This document shows, in pieces, positions 27,574 through 37,063 of a DNA stretch of 64,000 nucleotides. The notes below the pieces were generated by a model, which worked only from the letters and a program-made list of their open reading frames with translations, did not search any database and was not told the origin of the DNA. Numbering within the stretch: position 1 is the first letter of the stretch; every line of letters begins with the position of its first letter. The translations under genes were made by a program, and so were the position numbers. This DNA comes from Candidatus Rifleibacteriota bacterium (GTDB taxonomy: Bacteria; Muiribacteriota; Ozemobacteria; Ozemobacterales; Ozemobacteraceae). The DNA lies in NCBI GenBank assembly GCA_018818125.1, contig JAHISQ010000048.1, forward strand, positions 10,134-74,133, read 5' to 3'.

Positions 27574-29751
27574 ATGCTGCAGTTTAAAGGAACATTCTCG
27601 GCCAAACCTCCGTCGGCTCTTTTGAGTCGACGGGGTTTTGTGCTTTTTCTGGTCTGCACTTTGGCTCTGGTTATGATGATAATGATAATCAGTTTGAGCA
27701 GCCAGAAAAGCGGCGCTGTGCTACAGTTGACAAAAACCATAGAGCAGGAGAGGGCTGTAGCGCTTGCTCAGGCCGGGGTTAACGAAATGCTGGCATGGGT
27801 TAAAGCTGGTGTTAATGATAAAAATAGTGCTGTTGGTTCAAGCATTTATCAGTTCTGGAAGACAAAACCGCCCGTCGCTGGCTCGCGAGTTATTTATAGT
27901 GCTGAGTTCAGCCCTGCTCAGCTCAAGATGTCGAATCAACTTGTAGACGAATACCTCGGCAATCGTGGCTATGTTTCGGGTCAGATCAGCCTGGTTGTTA
28001 CCGAACGCATAAACGGTGCCAGACCCTCATTTATCGGTCATATTGAACTTGTTGGCAAGGCAAAATACAAGGATTTTCCTGCTGAAACCAAAGTTAAAGA
28101 GTGGCGCGAAATAAAGATCGTCGATCTCTCAGACCCATTTCTAGATAAATATGCGCTGTTTGTAAAAAGCTTCTGCCTGTCGTTAAACAACCCGAAAAAG
28201 CGCATTATTATACAGGGCATAACCCCTGACGACCCGACCAGATATTCATTTGCCTATCTGGGAAACCGTTCCTATCCTGCCTGCACTGAGTTCCCTCAGG
28301 GCGACAAAAGCGCCAACGCGCCGCCAGTAATTTTAGACCTGGATTTTAAAGAAGATCGCAATCTGCTTGGTAATTTTTATCGGCCGGCACCGTTCCAGAT
28401 GGCCAACAATCAGTATGTGCAGGCAAGCACCGGGAACCTCTTCTTTGTTAACCCACCTTTCAATTTTGCCGGTATTGCCGGTTCGTTTTCGCTTGCTGAC
28501 GATTTTCACAAAACGCCTGAACTGGTGACCATCTACAAATCTATCGTCGATTCAAGTCGACCATACGCAGACACAGAAGGCACGCTTGGCTACGTAGTAT
28601 GCAAAGATTATCAGAGCTCTGGCGGCAATCCTGCTGCCTCACAAGTTTTTCGCGCTCTCGTCAGCACATTGATGCAGAACTGGAAGTATCAATACGGTTA
28701 TTCTGATTTTTTGAGTATAACAGGTGGCAGCCAACCATTTGCCAACGAACACCCATTTTCAGGGATTATCAACTACTTCGAAGACATTAAACAGTCTAAC
28801 TCGTCGCGGACTTTTGGCGGGAAAATGCCGCTTTTATTTGGTGAGAACCGTGATACGCCTGTTTATGTCGAAGGGCCGGTTTTTTTAAGATTTTTCAAAG
28901 TTGCTTTTGTTGACCAGGTTGAGGTTAAATTCACTTTGAATGGCGGTCAAACTCTCGATGTGCCTTTCCCGACCGTGCCAATGCATTACGAAAAAGCGCC
29001 TGAAACCTTTTGTGGTAAAACGCTTAGTCCACCAGTAGATTCTCGAACCGACAAGCTGATGTCGATGCCCATCGAACACTTTTCTATCAACAACTTCTTT
29101 TTTGGTGCCGGTACTACTCCTGCCAAGACTCCTACGGCGGTTAAAGGCGGTGTCGAGGGGTATGATGTTTTTCCTACTATTGATGAATCACTACAAACTG
29201 TTTCCCATTTTTACCAGACCGCCGAAGAGTTTAGTAATGATCGCATTAAGATCATCAATGGTCAGAAGATCCTTGATCTGGACGGTAACATGCTTATCAT
29301 GGGTGGGAGCGCTCATGTTCTCAATCTGGCATCTGTTAACAAGTATAGTGGTAAGGGGAAAATTATTGTGGCTGAGGGCAGCTGTCATCTCGGCAACCTT
29401 GCGCCGGTCAGCTCAAGTAAAGACTCTCTGGGTATTTATCTGATGGCTGGCAGGTTTGTTCTCAAATCTGATGATACTGCCAATATTTTTGCTTCTCTGG
29501 TCGCTACGACCTGTTTCAGCAATAACTCGAATACTTCTGCCAGCGCCGAAGGCGGTATTGATTTCGATGGCAAAAGCGCAAATATTTTTGGTAACCTGGT
29601 TGTCGATAATCTCTTTGAGATGGTCAATATGCCTGATGGTGGGCATCTTAAAATTGTTCACGATCCCGGTCTTTACTTCCCTGAATATCCCGTCAGAGTT
29701 AGCGTCGGCCAGGTTAGATCGCTGCTGGCAGTAGATTACAATGTTCAATAA
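27574..29751 (+). CDS. Large PilX/GspK-like minor pilin (725 aa)
   Basis: RRG|FVLFLVCTLALVMMIMII, a class III-like signal lacking E5; RAVALAQAGV PilX-N-like motif; long C-terminal region. Confidence 0.7.
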   Translation: MLQFKGTFSAKPPSALLSRRGFVLFLVCTLALVMMIMIISLSSQKSGAVLQLTKTIEQERAVALAQAGVNEMLAWVKAGVNDKNSAVGSSIYQFWKTKPPVAGSRVIYSAEFSPAQLKMSNQLVDEYLGNRGYVSGQISLVVTERINGARPSFIGHIELVGKAKYKDFPAETKVKEWREIKIVDLSDPFLDKYALFVKSFCLSLNNPKKRIIIQGITPDDPTRYSFAYLGNRSYPACTEFPQGDKSANAPPVILDLDFKEDRNLLGNFYRPAPFQMANNQYVQASTGNLFFVNPPFNFAGIAGSFSLADDFHKTPELVTIYKSIVDSSRPYADTEGTLGYVVCKDYQSSGGNPAASQVFRALVSTLMQNWKYQYGYSDFLSITGGSQPFANEHPFSGIINYFEDIKQSNSSRTFGGKMPLLFGENRDTPVYVEGPVFLRFFKVAFVDQVEVKFTLNGGQTLDVPFPTVPMHYEKAPETFCGKTLSPPVDSRTDKLMSMPIEHFSINNFFFGAGTTPAKTPTAVKGGVEGYDVFPTIDESLQTVSHFYQTAEEFSNDRIKIINGQKILDLDGNMLIMGGSAHVLNLASVNKYSGKGKIIVAEGSCHLGNLAPVSSSKDSLGIYLMAGRFVLKSDDTANIFASLVATTCFSNNSNTSASAEGGIDFDGKSANIFGNLVVDNLFEMVNMPDGGHLKIVHDPGLYFPEYPVRVSVGQVRSLLAVDYNVQ

Positions 29752-30208
29752 CAAAGACTTACAGGTCATTTTCATTAAGGTTGCACTAGCTTCGTTTGTG
29801 CTTACGCTGCTGATCGCAGCACCATATATCGCAAAGCGGGCGTCTGGCAAGACTGGGGAGAGTGCCGGCGGAGCCGTTGAACGGGCCGGCGAGAAGCTTG
29901 CCGTAAAAGCTGTATCTGAAGGTGCTGACGATGTTTTTGCTTTGTTCAAGACCGGCAAGGCGTCAGAAAAACAGGTGAAGCCAAGTTTTGGCAATCTCCC
30001 GAACGAACTTTTTCCCGGCAATCGACCATTTTCACTGGATTTTCATAAGATGCCCGTTGAATATCTTGTTCCCCCGGCCCCGGAAGTTACGAGAACCTCT
30101 ATTCTAAGGATCAGAGAACTTAAAATGGCTGAACTTGAAGCGATAGAGGCCCAGCAGGCCATGGCAAAGAATTATGACAAGAGCCCAGAAAACGGGAGCA
30201 TCAGATGA
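29741..30208 (+). CDS. Hypothetical membrane-anchored protein
   Basis: N-terminal TM; overlaps both neighbouring genes. Confidence 0.7.
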   Translation: MFNNKDLQVIFIKVALASFVLTLLIAAPYIAKRASGKTGESAGGAVERAGEKLAVKAVSEGADDVFALFKTGKASEKQVKPSFGNLPNELFPGNRPFSLDFHKMPVEYLVPPAPEVTRTSILRIRELKMAELEAIEAQQAMAKNYDKSPENGSIR

Positions 30209-30813
30209 GAATGCCGGTCACTCCAGGAGCTCAAAGAAATAAAGTTCTGCATCAACCTCTTAAAAGATCTTTTGGCATCAGGCTAAGCAAACGCAAACGC
30301 GGTTTTTCGTTTATCGAAATCGTTGTGGCAATAGGCGTGAGCATGGTCTTTTTTGGTGGACTCATCTATTTTGCCTCTACAACTAGAGCTGAGACCAGCA
30401 AGGCGGTTAATTATCTGCGTGCCCTGCAAATTGCTCAGGAAACTATCGAATTGGTGCAGTCAATGCCTCTGGCTGATGCTACGCAGAGTGGTGTGCAGGT
30501 TTTCGAAGGCTCGCTGATTGATCCGCAGACCGGCAAGTCGATTAAAATCCCTTTTCACAATCTGTCTGGCTGGCAGCCGCAGACAAAGACTTACCCGGAT
30601 CAATACAATAACGCCTGGTTTTATCGCAAAGTTCGTATTGATCCAGTGCCTTCTGGTATTTCCAACGCTCGTTTCATGCGTAAGCTTTCGGTGGATATTT
30701 ACTGGAATGAGTCTAAAACGCCGGAACGTATTGATTCTATTGGCGATGAACCAGACAGAATGCGTAAATTGTCGCTTGCTACCCTGATTTTTGACGAAAG
30801 TGAGAGTTACTGA
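30205..30813 (+). CDS. Minor pilin (PilV/GspI-like)
   Basis: KRKRG|FSFIEIVVAIGV with E5; ALQIAQETIELV; VDIYW. Confidence 0.82.
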   Translation: MRMPVTPGAQRNKVLHQPLKRSFGIRLSKRKRGFSFIEIVVAIGVSMVFFGGLIYFASTTRAETSKAVNYLRALQIAQETIELVQSMPLADATQSGVQVFEGSLIDPQTGKSIKIPFHNLSGWQPQTKTYPDQYNNAWFYRKVRIDPVPSGISNARFMRKLSVDIYWNESKTPERIDSIGDEPDRMRKLSLATLIFDESESY

Positions 30814-31484
30814 TGGCCAGAGTGCGCAACCCAGGTCGATTCGGTTTCACGCTGGTTGAAGCAGTAGTCGGCATCGCTTTGGCAACGGCATTAATGGTGT
30901 TTTCCTATCGTGTGTTTACCTATATCGGAATGCAGCGCAGTCGCGGTGCTGTAGACCTACAGGAACTGCAGGGCGCGCGCTATGCGATTAACTACCTGCG
31001 GCGAGATTTCCGTTCGGCTGCGCCGCAGATTGCCAATACGGCAACGCTTATCCAGAAAAAAAAGGCGCTGCGCATGCCAATGGTTGAGGCACATTCATTT
31101 ACCATAGGGAACGAAGCTGTTCCTGTTATCATCGATGATGCTGAGATCTATTTTTACAAACATCTCTATAGCACGCCAGATTCCGCCAGAGAGCCATCCA
31201 CAGAGCAGGTGAATTACCGTATAGACGGTGCTCGTAAATGTCTGGTGCGCTCTGTTGCCGGCGTAGAAATTGTATTTAAAGATATAAAGGCCGCCAAATT
31301 CGAGCTGTATGCGCATCCGCTGGCGCCAGAAGTTCCGATGTTGCTGGTTACGCTAAGAATTGACGCTGACCAGAAGGACATAAAAGCTGGTGGTCGCGAG
31401 TATTTTGAGCTGACCACCACGATTTCCAGTGCAATCACCAGCCAGATTCTCAACAACCCTTTTTGGCATATCAGTCAGGACTAG
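30813..31484 (+). CDS. Minor pilin (PilW/GspJ-like)
   Basis: RFG|FTLVEAVVGIAL with E5; ARYAINYLRRDFRSA. Confidence 0.82.
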   Translation: MARVRNPGRFGFTLVEAVVGIALATALMVFSYRVFTYIGMQRSRGAVDLQELQGARYAINYLRRDFRSAAPQIANTATLIQKKKALRMPMVEAHSFTIGNEAVPVIIDDAEIYFYKHLYSTPDSAREPSTEQVNYRIDGARKCLVRSVAGVEIVFKDIKAAKFELYAHPLAPEVPMLLVTLRIDADQKDIKAGGREYFELTTTISSAITSQILNNPFWHISQD

Positions 31485-31591
31485 TCCAACCTGTAGGTTC
31501 TTAGCTGATTTTAAGGGTTTCTTCGCGGATATGTAAATTTATTGCAACTATTGCTCTGCAATTTCAATGTGTTGAGCACAATTGGTGAAAT

Positions 31592-31630
31592 AAAAAAATC
31601 GCCCCGGCAGCTGACAGCTTCCGGGGCGGT
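31592..31630 (-). terminator. Intrinsic terminator downstream of flgH
   Basis: Stem ATCGCCCCGG...CCGGGGCGGT with A7 on its left (a U-tract on the minus strand). Confidence 0.75.
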
Positions 31631-31641
31631 GGCTTGATTTT

Positions 31642-32235
31642 TTACAATAAGCTTTGCAATATTCTGGTAACTATTCCTGGGCGATTTACTCTGCCGACAA
31701 CCCCTTTGCCATCAAATTTGATCTGGGCGTCAGCGAGCAGTTTTGAATTGATAGTGTTAGTGGCATCGATGTCGCGAGGGCGTGCCACGCCACGAACCTT
31801 CATTATCTGGGTTTCGCGATTCACTACTATTGATCGGCTGCCTTCGACAAGGAGATTGCCGTTGCCCATTACTTCGAGAACGGTGGCGGTGATAGTGCCG
31901 GTTAGTTTGCCGGAGCGGGTTGTTGTCCCCTGACCGTCGAATGAGTTAGTTACGTCTGTTTTACCTACAAAATTTTTGACCAGATTTTTGACCAGTGGTA
32001 TTTCGGGGCCGGTTGTGACCTCAGTCGTGCTGTCCTTCTGAGTGTTTGTTGTCGCTTTTGACTGAGCATTCGACTCTTCTGAAATGACAATGGTAATGAT
32101 ATCACCAGGGTGGTACTCGCGTGCATTTTTTGATGAATAGAGGTCATTGCCACTTAGCCACAAGGAATTAGCTGATGCAGTAGTGCTTAGCGCAATAATT
32201 ATGGTGATGATCAATAATGCCTTAGTTCTGTGCAT
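31642..32235 (-). CDS. flgH: Flagellar L-ring protein
   Basis: Motifs NSLW, GDIITIVISE, ITATVLEVMGNGNLLVEG, GVARPRDI, NTINSKLLADAQI. Confidence 0.93.
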   Translation of the reverse strand: MHRTKALLIITIIIALSTTASANSLWLSGNDLYSSKNAREYHPGDIITIVISEESNAQSKATTNTQKDSTTEVTTGPEIPLVKNLVKNFVGKTDVTNSFDGQGTTTRSGKLTGTITATVLEVMGNGNLLVEGSRSIVVNRETQIMKVRGVARPRDIDATNTINSKLLADAQIKFDGKGVVGRVNRPGIVTRILQSLL

Positions 32236-33280
32236 ATTCTACCCTGCCTTTATCTTTGATTACACCACGAATACGGTGCTGATTCTGCAAATTTATCAAA
32301 GTGATCTCATCGCCTTCGCCACCACCCTGAACCGCTTTAGCCGGTATTTTAAGGGATAAAGCACCGCTGTTAAAGTGAAAATCCACACTTTCACCTGGCT
32401 TGACCAGCCAGTTGTTGCGGTTGCTGGTTTGCTTGAAAATCTCTGGAACAGTTGAATTTTTGCTCGAAGATCCAGTGCAGATATTTTTTTCGCCGATAGA
32501 AAGGTCACTGCTGCGTAACACCGTGCCAGGTGACTTGTAACGTCCAAGGCATTTGCCGACAGCTTCTTCGTAGGTAACTGGAACGTTGCTCTGGTCACTT
32601 TTAATCTCGATTTTCTTTTTTTGGATCATTTGGCTGCTGACTATTTCTCCTGGCTTGGCAAGCCTTACCAGTTCGGCGGCTTCTACAACTTTGCTTACCT
32701 TCACCTGAACGAGCTGTCTGAACGGTCCGCCTGTGGTTTGAGCTGTTAAAACAAACAGTCGCATACCCAGAGTGTTCTCTGAGTTTGTGCTGATTTCCCA
32801 GTTTTGCAACACACCTGGCAAAACAATGTTTGCCGGTATGCGTGAATAATCGATCGTCAGTTCATCTTCAACCTTATTGTGGCAGGCTTTGCTGATGCGC
32901 TCAGTAACTTCTGAGCATTTAAGAATAGCACCGTCTCTTCTGATGGTGATCTTGTCAGGTATGGTCAGATTGGCCGCCAGACTGCCAAGTTTTCGTTGCA
33001 TTTCGGCTTTGTTAATCACCAATTCGCCGAGCGGGTCAGGAATATGGCCAATTTGTATTTTCGCCAGTTGTTCACGAACTTTCGAGTTGGTTTCGTTTTT
33101 TATCAGGCTGTCGGCGGTGATTTCGCTGTTGTTCACCAAAACAGTTGATTTAAGCGAGGTGATCTGGCTCTTGGTCTCTGGAATGATAATCGCGCCTGAG
33201 ACAGTATTAATTCCTGACAGCAGCATATAGCATCCTGTTATCAAAAAGCCAAGTCGTTTTGTCATATTATTGGTTTTCAA
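32222..33280 (-). CDS. flgA: Flagellar P-ring formation chaperone
   Basis: C-terminal LVKPGESV...AKAVQGGGEGDEITLIN...IRGVI; located between flgG and flgH. Confidence 0.8.
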   Translation of the reverse strand: MKTNNMTKRLGFLITGCYMLLSGINTVSGAIIIPETKSQITSLKSTVLVNNSEITADSLIKNETNSKVREQLAKIQIGHIPDPLGELVINKAEMQRKLGSLAANLTIPDKITIRRDGAILKCSEVTERISKACHNKVEDELTIDYSRIPANIVLPGVLQNWEISTNSENTLGMRLFVLTAQTTGGPFRQLVQVKVSKVVEAAELVRLAKPGEIVSSQMIQKKKIEIKSDQSNVPVTYEEAVGKCLGRYKSPGTVLRSSDLSIGEKNICTGSSSKNSTVPEIFKQTSNRNNWLVKPGESVDFHFNSGALSLKIPAKAVQGGGEGDEITLINLQNQHRIRGVIKDKGRVEYAQN

Positions 33281-33291
33281 AACTATTTACC

Positions 33292-34080
33292 CTATCTTCT
33301 GAGATTGTTGGCAATCTGCAACATGGTATCTGAAGTCTGAATGGTTTTTGAATTGGCTTCGTAAGCACGCTGGGCTACGATCATGTTGACCATTTCTTCG
33401 ACAACCTTCACGTTTGCCATTTCGACGAAGCCCTGAGCGATTTCGCCGAGTTCTTCTGTGCCTGGAACTCCAACAACTGCTTCGCCCGAACTGCCACTGG
33501 GAATGAACAGATTGCGGCCGATTGCCTTGAGACCTGCAGGGTTGATAAAGTTGGCGGTTTCGATTTGCCCGAGAACTTCAAGATCAATCTGGCCAGGCAT
33601 TTTGGCGGCGATGATACCTGATGAGGTAATGTTGATGCCGATTGCTTCGCGTGGAATGGTAAACCCGGGCAGTATCGTATAACCGTCTGAGGTTACGACC
33701 GTGCCGTTTTCAGAAAGCTTCCAGGCACCATCGCGTGAATAGGCGGTATCACCATTCGGCAACTGAACCTGGAAAAAGCCTTTGCCTTCAATAACTACAT
33801 CGAGTGGTTGTTCAGTTTGTTGGAACTCGCCCTGACTGAACATTCTCTGGGTAGCGACCGGTCTGACACCGTGACCAAGCTGAATGCCTACAGGGTAGGT
33901 GTTGTCGGAAGTAACCGGCGCGCCAGGCTCTGTCAGCGTCTGATACATCAAATCCTGAAAGTCGACCCGGCTCTTTTTGAATCCTGTCGTTGTTACGTTC
34001 GAAAGGTTGTTTGAGACGACGGCGATGTTCATCTCTTGAGCCTTCATGCCAGTAGATGCAGACCATAGTGCTCTCATCAT
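33292..34080 (-). CDS. flgG: Flagellar basal-body rod protein FlgG
   Basis: Motifs MMRALWSASTGM, NNLSNVTTTGFKKSRVDFQDLMYQ, EMANVKVVEEMVNMIVAQRAYEANSK. Confidence 0.96.
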   Translation of the reverse strand: MMRALWSASTGMKAQEMNIAVVSNNLSNVTTTGFKKSRVDFQDLMYQTLTEPGAPVTSDNTYPVGIQLGHGVRPVATQRMFSQGEFQQTEQPLDVVIEGKGFFQVQLPNGDTAYSRDGAWKLSENGTVVTSDGYTILPGFTIPREAIGINITSSGIIAAKMPGQIDLEVLGQIETANFINPAGLKAIGRNLFIPSGSSGEAVVGVPGTEELGEIAQGFVEMANVKVVEEMVNMIVAQRAYEANSKTIQTSDTMLQIANNLRR

Positions 34081-34115
34081 AGGCTTTCATTCCTCCGGTT
34101 CGTTCAGATTATGCG

Positions 34116-34958
34116 TTAGCGGCGAGTTGCCCCAACCGAATTGATAGCCTTGTCGAGCAGGCCATCATGAGACTGAATTACTTTTGAATTTGCTTCGTAG
34201 GCGCGTGATACTTCGATCATACGCACCATCTCTTCAACCAGACTGAAGTTGGGTTTTTCTACATAACCCTGCTTGATATTACCTTCAGCTCTTGCCACCT
34301 CTCCATAGGCCCGCACAAATTTGTTGGCGCCTTCCTTGCGAAAAGCTTTGCGATCGGCGGACATGCCCTGAGCAATTCTGAAGCGTGGCTGACCATCCAT
34401 AAGTATTCGACCGCTGCGGTCTATGGTTACAGCCTCACCCTGACCCGCCTGAACTCTTTGCAGGCGCGAGTTGAGGTTGCCTTCTGCGTCAAGTATGTTG
34501 CTCTTGTCTTCCTGGTTGACCGGCTCGGTATCGGCAAGGATGTAGTCACCATGCATGTTGGTCAGAAAACCCTCCTGGTCGATGGTCAGTATGCCATCAC
34601 GCGAGAATCTTGTGCCCTTTTCTGACTCGACGACAAGAAAAGCTTTTTCGTTTTCCAGCGCAACATCGAGGTCATTGCCGGTATAGCTGAAGGCTCCAGC
34701 TTTGAAGTTTGTAAACGATTCGTCAAGTATGACGCCAGTGCCAAGTTCGCCAATTTTGGGATACTTGTAAAAGGGGCGGGGAGGGTAAAGCTGCCCATCG
34801 TTGACCTTGCGCAGAACCATGGTCGGCAGTTCCTTGAAAATGCCCTGATCTTGCTTAAATCCTGCGGTATCTACATTTGCAAGGTTGTTGGCGACCATAT
34901 CCTGACGGATAGTTTCGCACAACATTGATGACGAAGAGGTATATAGTCCTCGAATCAT
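34116..34958 (-). CDS. flgF: Flagellar basal-body rod protein FlgF-like
   Basis: Motifs MIRGLYT, ANNLANVDTAGFK, TGNDLDVAL, EEMVRMIEVSRAYEANSK; directly precedes flgG. Confidence 0.85.
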   Translation of the reverse strand: MIRGLYTSSSSMLCETIRQDMVANNLANVDTAGFKQDQGIFKELPTMVLRKVNDGQLYPPRPFYKYPKIGELGTGVILDESFTNFKAGAFSYTGNDLDVALENEKAFLVVESEKGTRFSRDGILTIDQEGFLTNMHGDYILADTEPVNQEDKSNILDAEGNLNSRLQRVQAGQGEAVTIDRSGRILMDGQPRFRIAQGMSADRKAFRKEGANKFVRAYGEVARAEGNIKQGYVEKPNFSLVEEMVRMIEVSRAYEANSKVIQSHDGLLDKAINSVGATRR

Positions 34959-35518
34959 TGGCTGCTCCTTGTGGTGCAGTATTCGCCGCAATTGTCTGTC
35001 TTGCTGCATTTCTTTACACTGTTGAGCACGGCTTCACCTATCGGGTTATTGTGAAATGCCAGTTCCTGCGCAAGGTGTGAATGCAGGCATTTAACACCTC
35101 TAAAGTCTCTGCTGCCAGCAATTGTAGTTTCGCTGAGAATCTCTTTTATATGCTCCGGCAGCTCGCCCGGGTAAATTTTTTCGGCCATTTCGAGTCTGAG
35201 TAGTGAAATTTCGCTTTGCCCGTGCAGAAACTTTTCCCTGAATTCGTCGTCAGAATCAAGCTTTTGTGAGAATTCTTTGATCTTGCCATGCTGCTCAAGG
35301 TCTGCTACCTGCGTTTTGAGTCTTGGGCAGACCAGCCATAAAAATGTTGGGAATGGTTTCCAGATACCGTCTTCAATGAAAACCGGGTTTGCTAGGAGCA
35401 CCTGGGGACTGCCATCAGGGCAGAAAGTTTTGACCGTAAAGGGAGTGCGAGGCACGCGGCCTAGCAGCTCGACGGCAGTTTGATATTGCATATCATCTGT
35501 TGGATTCAAGTTTGCCAA
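34955..35518 (-). CDS. DUF501 family protein
   Basis: Motifs PFPTFLWLVCP and IAG...VKCLHSHLA. Confidence 0.85.
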   Translation of the reverse strand: MANLNPTDDMQYQTAVELLGRVPRTPFTVKTFCPDGSPQVLLANPVFIEDGIWKPFPTFLWLVCPRLKTQVADLEQHGKIKEFSQKLDSDDEFREKFLHGQSEISLLRLEMAEKIYPGELPEHIKEILSETTIAGSRDFRGVKCLHSHLAQELAFHNNPIGEAVLNSVKKCSKTDNCGEYCTTRSSQ

Positions 35519-35540
35519 AATAACACCTTCCCTAAACGAT

Positions 35541-35568
35541 ATATCGGCAGAATTTACGCCTAAGTTTA
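35541..35568 (-). promoter_or_regulatory. Sigma-28-type promoter of DUF501-flgF-flgG-flgA-flgH
   Basis: TAAA-N16-GCCGATAT; a second weaker copy TCAA-N16-GTCGATTA lies at 35602-35629. Confidence 0.8.
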
Positions 35569-35637
35569 GGGATTACTGATTTTTTTTCTTTATCAGAAAG
35601 TTAATCGACAGTTGGCTGCCTTTATTTGAGAGTTATT

Positions 35638-35666
35638 TTGCGCAAATTGCTCGGCTGCGTTAATAT
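35638..35666 (+). promoter_or_regulatory. Possible sigma-70 promoter of aroC
   Basis: TTGCGC-N17-TAATAT. Confidence 0.45.
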
Positions 35667-35731
35667 TGTTAGGTGTATCGCGGTGTGCTTGCCGGGTGCA
35701 GTAATACTTCAGCCTTATCAGGAGATATACT

Positions 35732-36898
35732 ATGAGCCTGCGTTATTTTACCGCCGGAGAGTCGCACAGTGCATTCCTTACCGGTATAATTGACGGCATG
35801 CCGGCAGGTGTCAAGGTTTCCCCGGAAGATTTTGCCGCTCTTTTACGGCGCCGGAGAACCGGTTATGGCCGAGGCGCGCGTCAGAAGATAGAGCAGGATG
35901 AGGTCAGGATAACTGCGGGGGTGCGTGAGGGTTATACAACTGGCGCTCCGATTTCCCTTCTTATTGAGAATGCTGAATCTGCTGGCCAGAATTCTCATCT
36001 AGAAGCCTTTACGCCTCACACTGCCAAAACAATCAACGTGCCGTTGCCAGGTCATGCAGACTTGCCCGGTGTTGTTAAATATGGTCTGGACGACTGTCGC
36101 ACCATTAGGGAACGCGCATCGGCCCGCGAAACAGTAATGCGTACGGCACTGTCGGTATTCCCACGCCGCCTGCTCGCTGATCTTGGTATCAAGTCACTTT
36201 GTCTGGTAGAAAGTCTTGGCAATCTGACCGCGAATATTGACTATACGCAGGCTCCCGATGTCATTGCCGACATGATCGTTGCCAACGGTGCTGATTTTAT
36301 TACGCCGGATGCTGCTATAATTCCAGCCTGGCGAGAGCTTGTTGATGCCGCATTGGCGAAGAACGAGAGTCTTGGCGGCACTGCCGCCGTAATGTTCTGG
36401 AATCTGCCTATCGGTATGGGTAGTCACACTCAATATGATTTGCGGCTTGACGCCAGGCTGGCAGCATTATTGATGAGCATCCCAGCGGTAAAAGGTGTCG
36501 AGATCGGCATGGCATTACAGCAGGCAAGGGGCAGTAGCATTGCAGCTGACCCGATTTTATTCGCCCCGGGATCAGGATGGTCGCACCAGAGCAATTTTGC
36601 TGGTGGGCTTGAGGGCGGCATGACGAATGGCGCGCCTCTAGTTCTTAGATTCCATATGAAGCCGCTCCCAGCCAATTCAAAAGTTGATTCAGTCAATCTG
36701 AAGACTGGGCAACCAGCCCGACCGGAATTTTACCGCTCAGATACTCAGGCCGTTACCGCGGCGGCAGTTGTGGCCGAGTCGGTTGTAGCTGTTGAGCTGA
36801 CTTCGCAGCTGCTTGCAATGACCGGCGGTGCCACATTGCAGCAGATCCACGATAGACTGACGCGACTGCGCGAGGCGCAAAGCCTCTTGCCAGGCTAA
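35732..36898 (+). CDS. aroC: Chorismate synthase
   Basis: Motifs LRYFTAGESH, GYGRGAR, PGHAD, ERASARET, SIPAVKGVEIG, NFAGGLEGGMTNG. Confidence 0.95.
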   Translation: MSLRYFTAGESHSAFLTGIIDGMPAGVKVSPEDFAALLRRRRTGYGRGARQKIEQDEVRITAGVREGYTTGAPISLLIENAESAGQNSHLEAFTPHTAKTINVPLPGHADLPGVVKYGLDDCRTIRERASARETVMRTALSVFPRRLLADLGIKSLCLVESLGNLTANIDYTQAPDVIADMIVANGADFITPDAAIIPAWRELVDAALAKNESLGGTAAVMFWNLPIGMGSHTQYDLRLDARLAALLMSIPAVKGVEIGMALQQARGSSIAADPILFAPGSGWSHQSNFAGGLEGGMTNGAPLVLRFHMKPLPANSKVDSVNLKTGQPARPEFYRSDTQAVTAAAVVAESVVAVELTSQLLAMTGGATLQQIHDRLTRLREAQSLLPG

Positions 36899-37011
36899 AA
36901 CTCAAGTTTCGACACGGCAATCTATATGAATGCAGAGATTGCTTGCCCTCCTGGCGCAAGCTGCCCAAGCACTTCCTGCGCAAATCGCAGTGGCAAAATA
37001 TTCATTCGGCT

Positions 37012-37050
37012 AAAAAGAGAAGGGGCTGAACCCTTTGGTTCAGCCCCTTT
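37012..37050. terminator. Terminator between convergent aroC and secretin genes
   Basis: Perfect 13-bp stem AAGGGGCTGAACC-CTTT-GGTTCAGCCCCTT flanked by A/T runs. Confidence 0.85.
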
Positions 37051-37063
37051 GTCGTAGGAGTTA

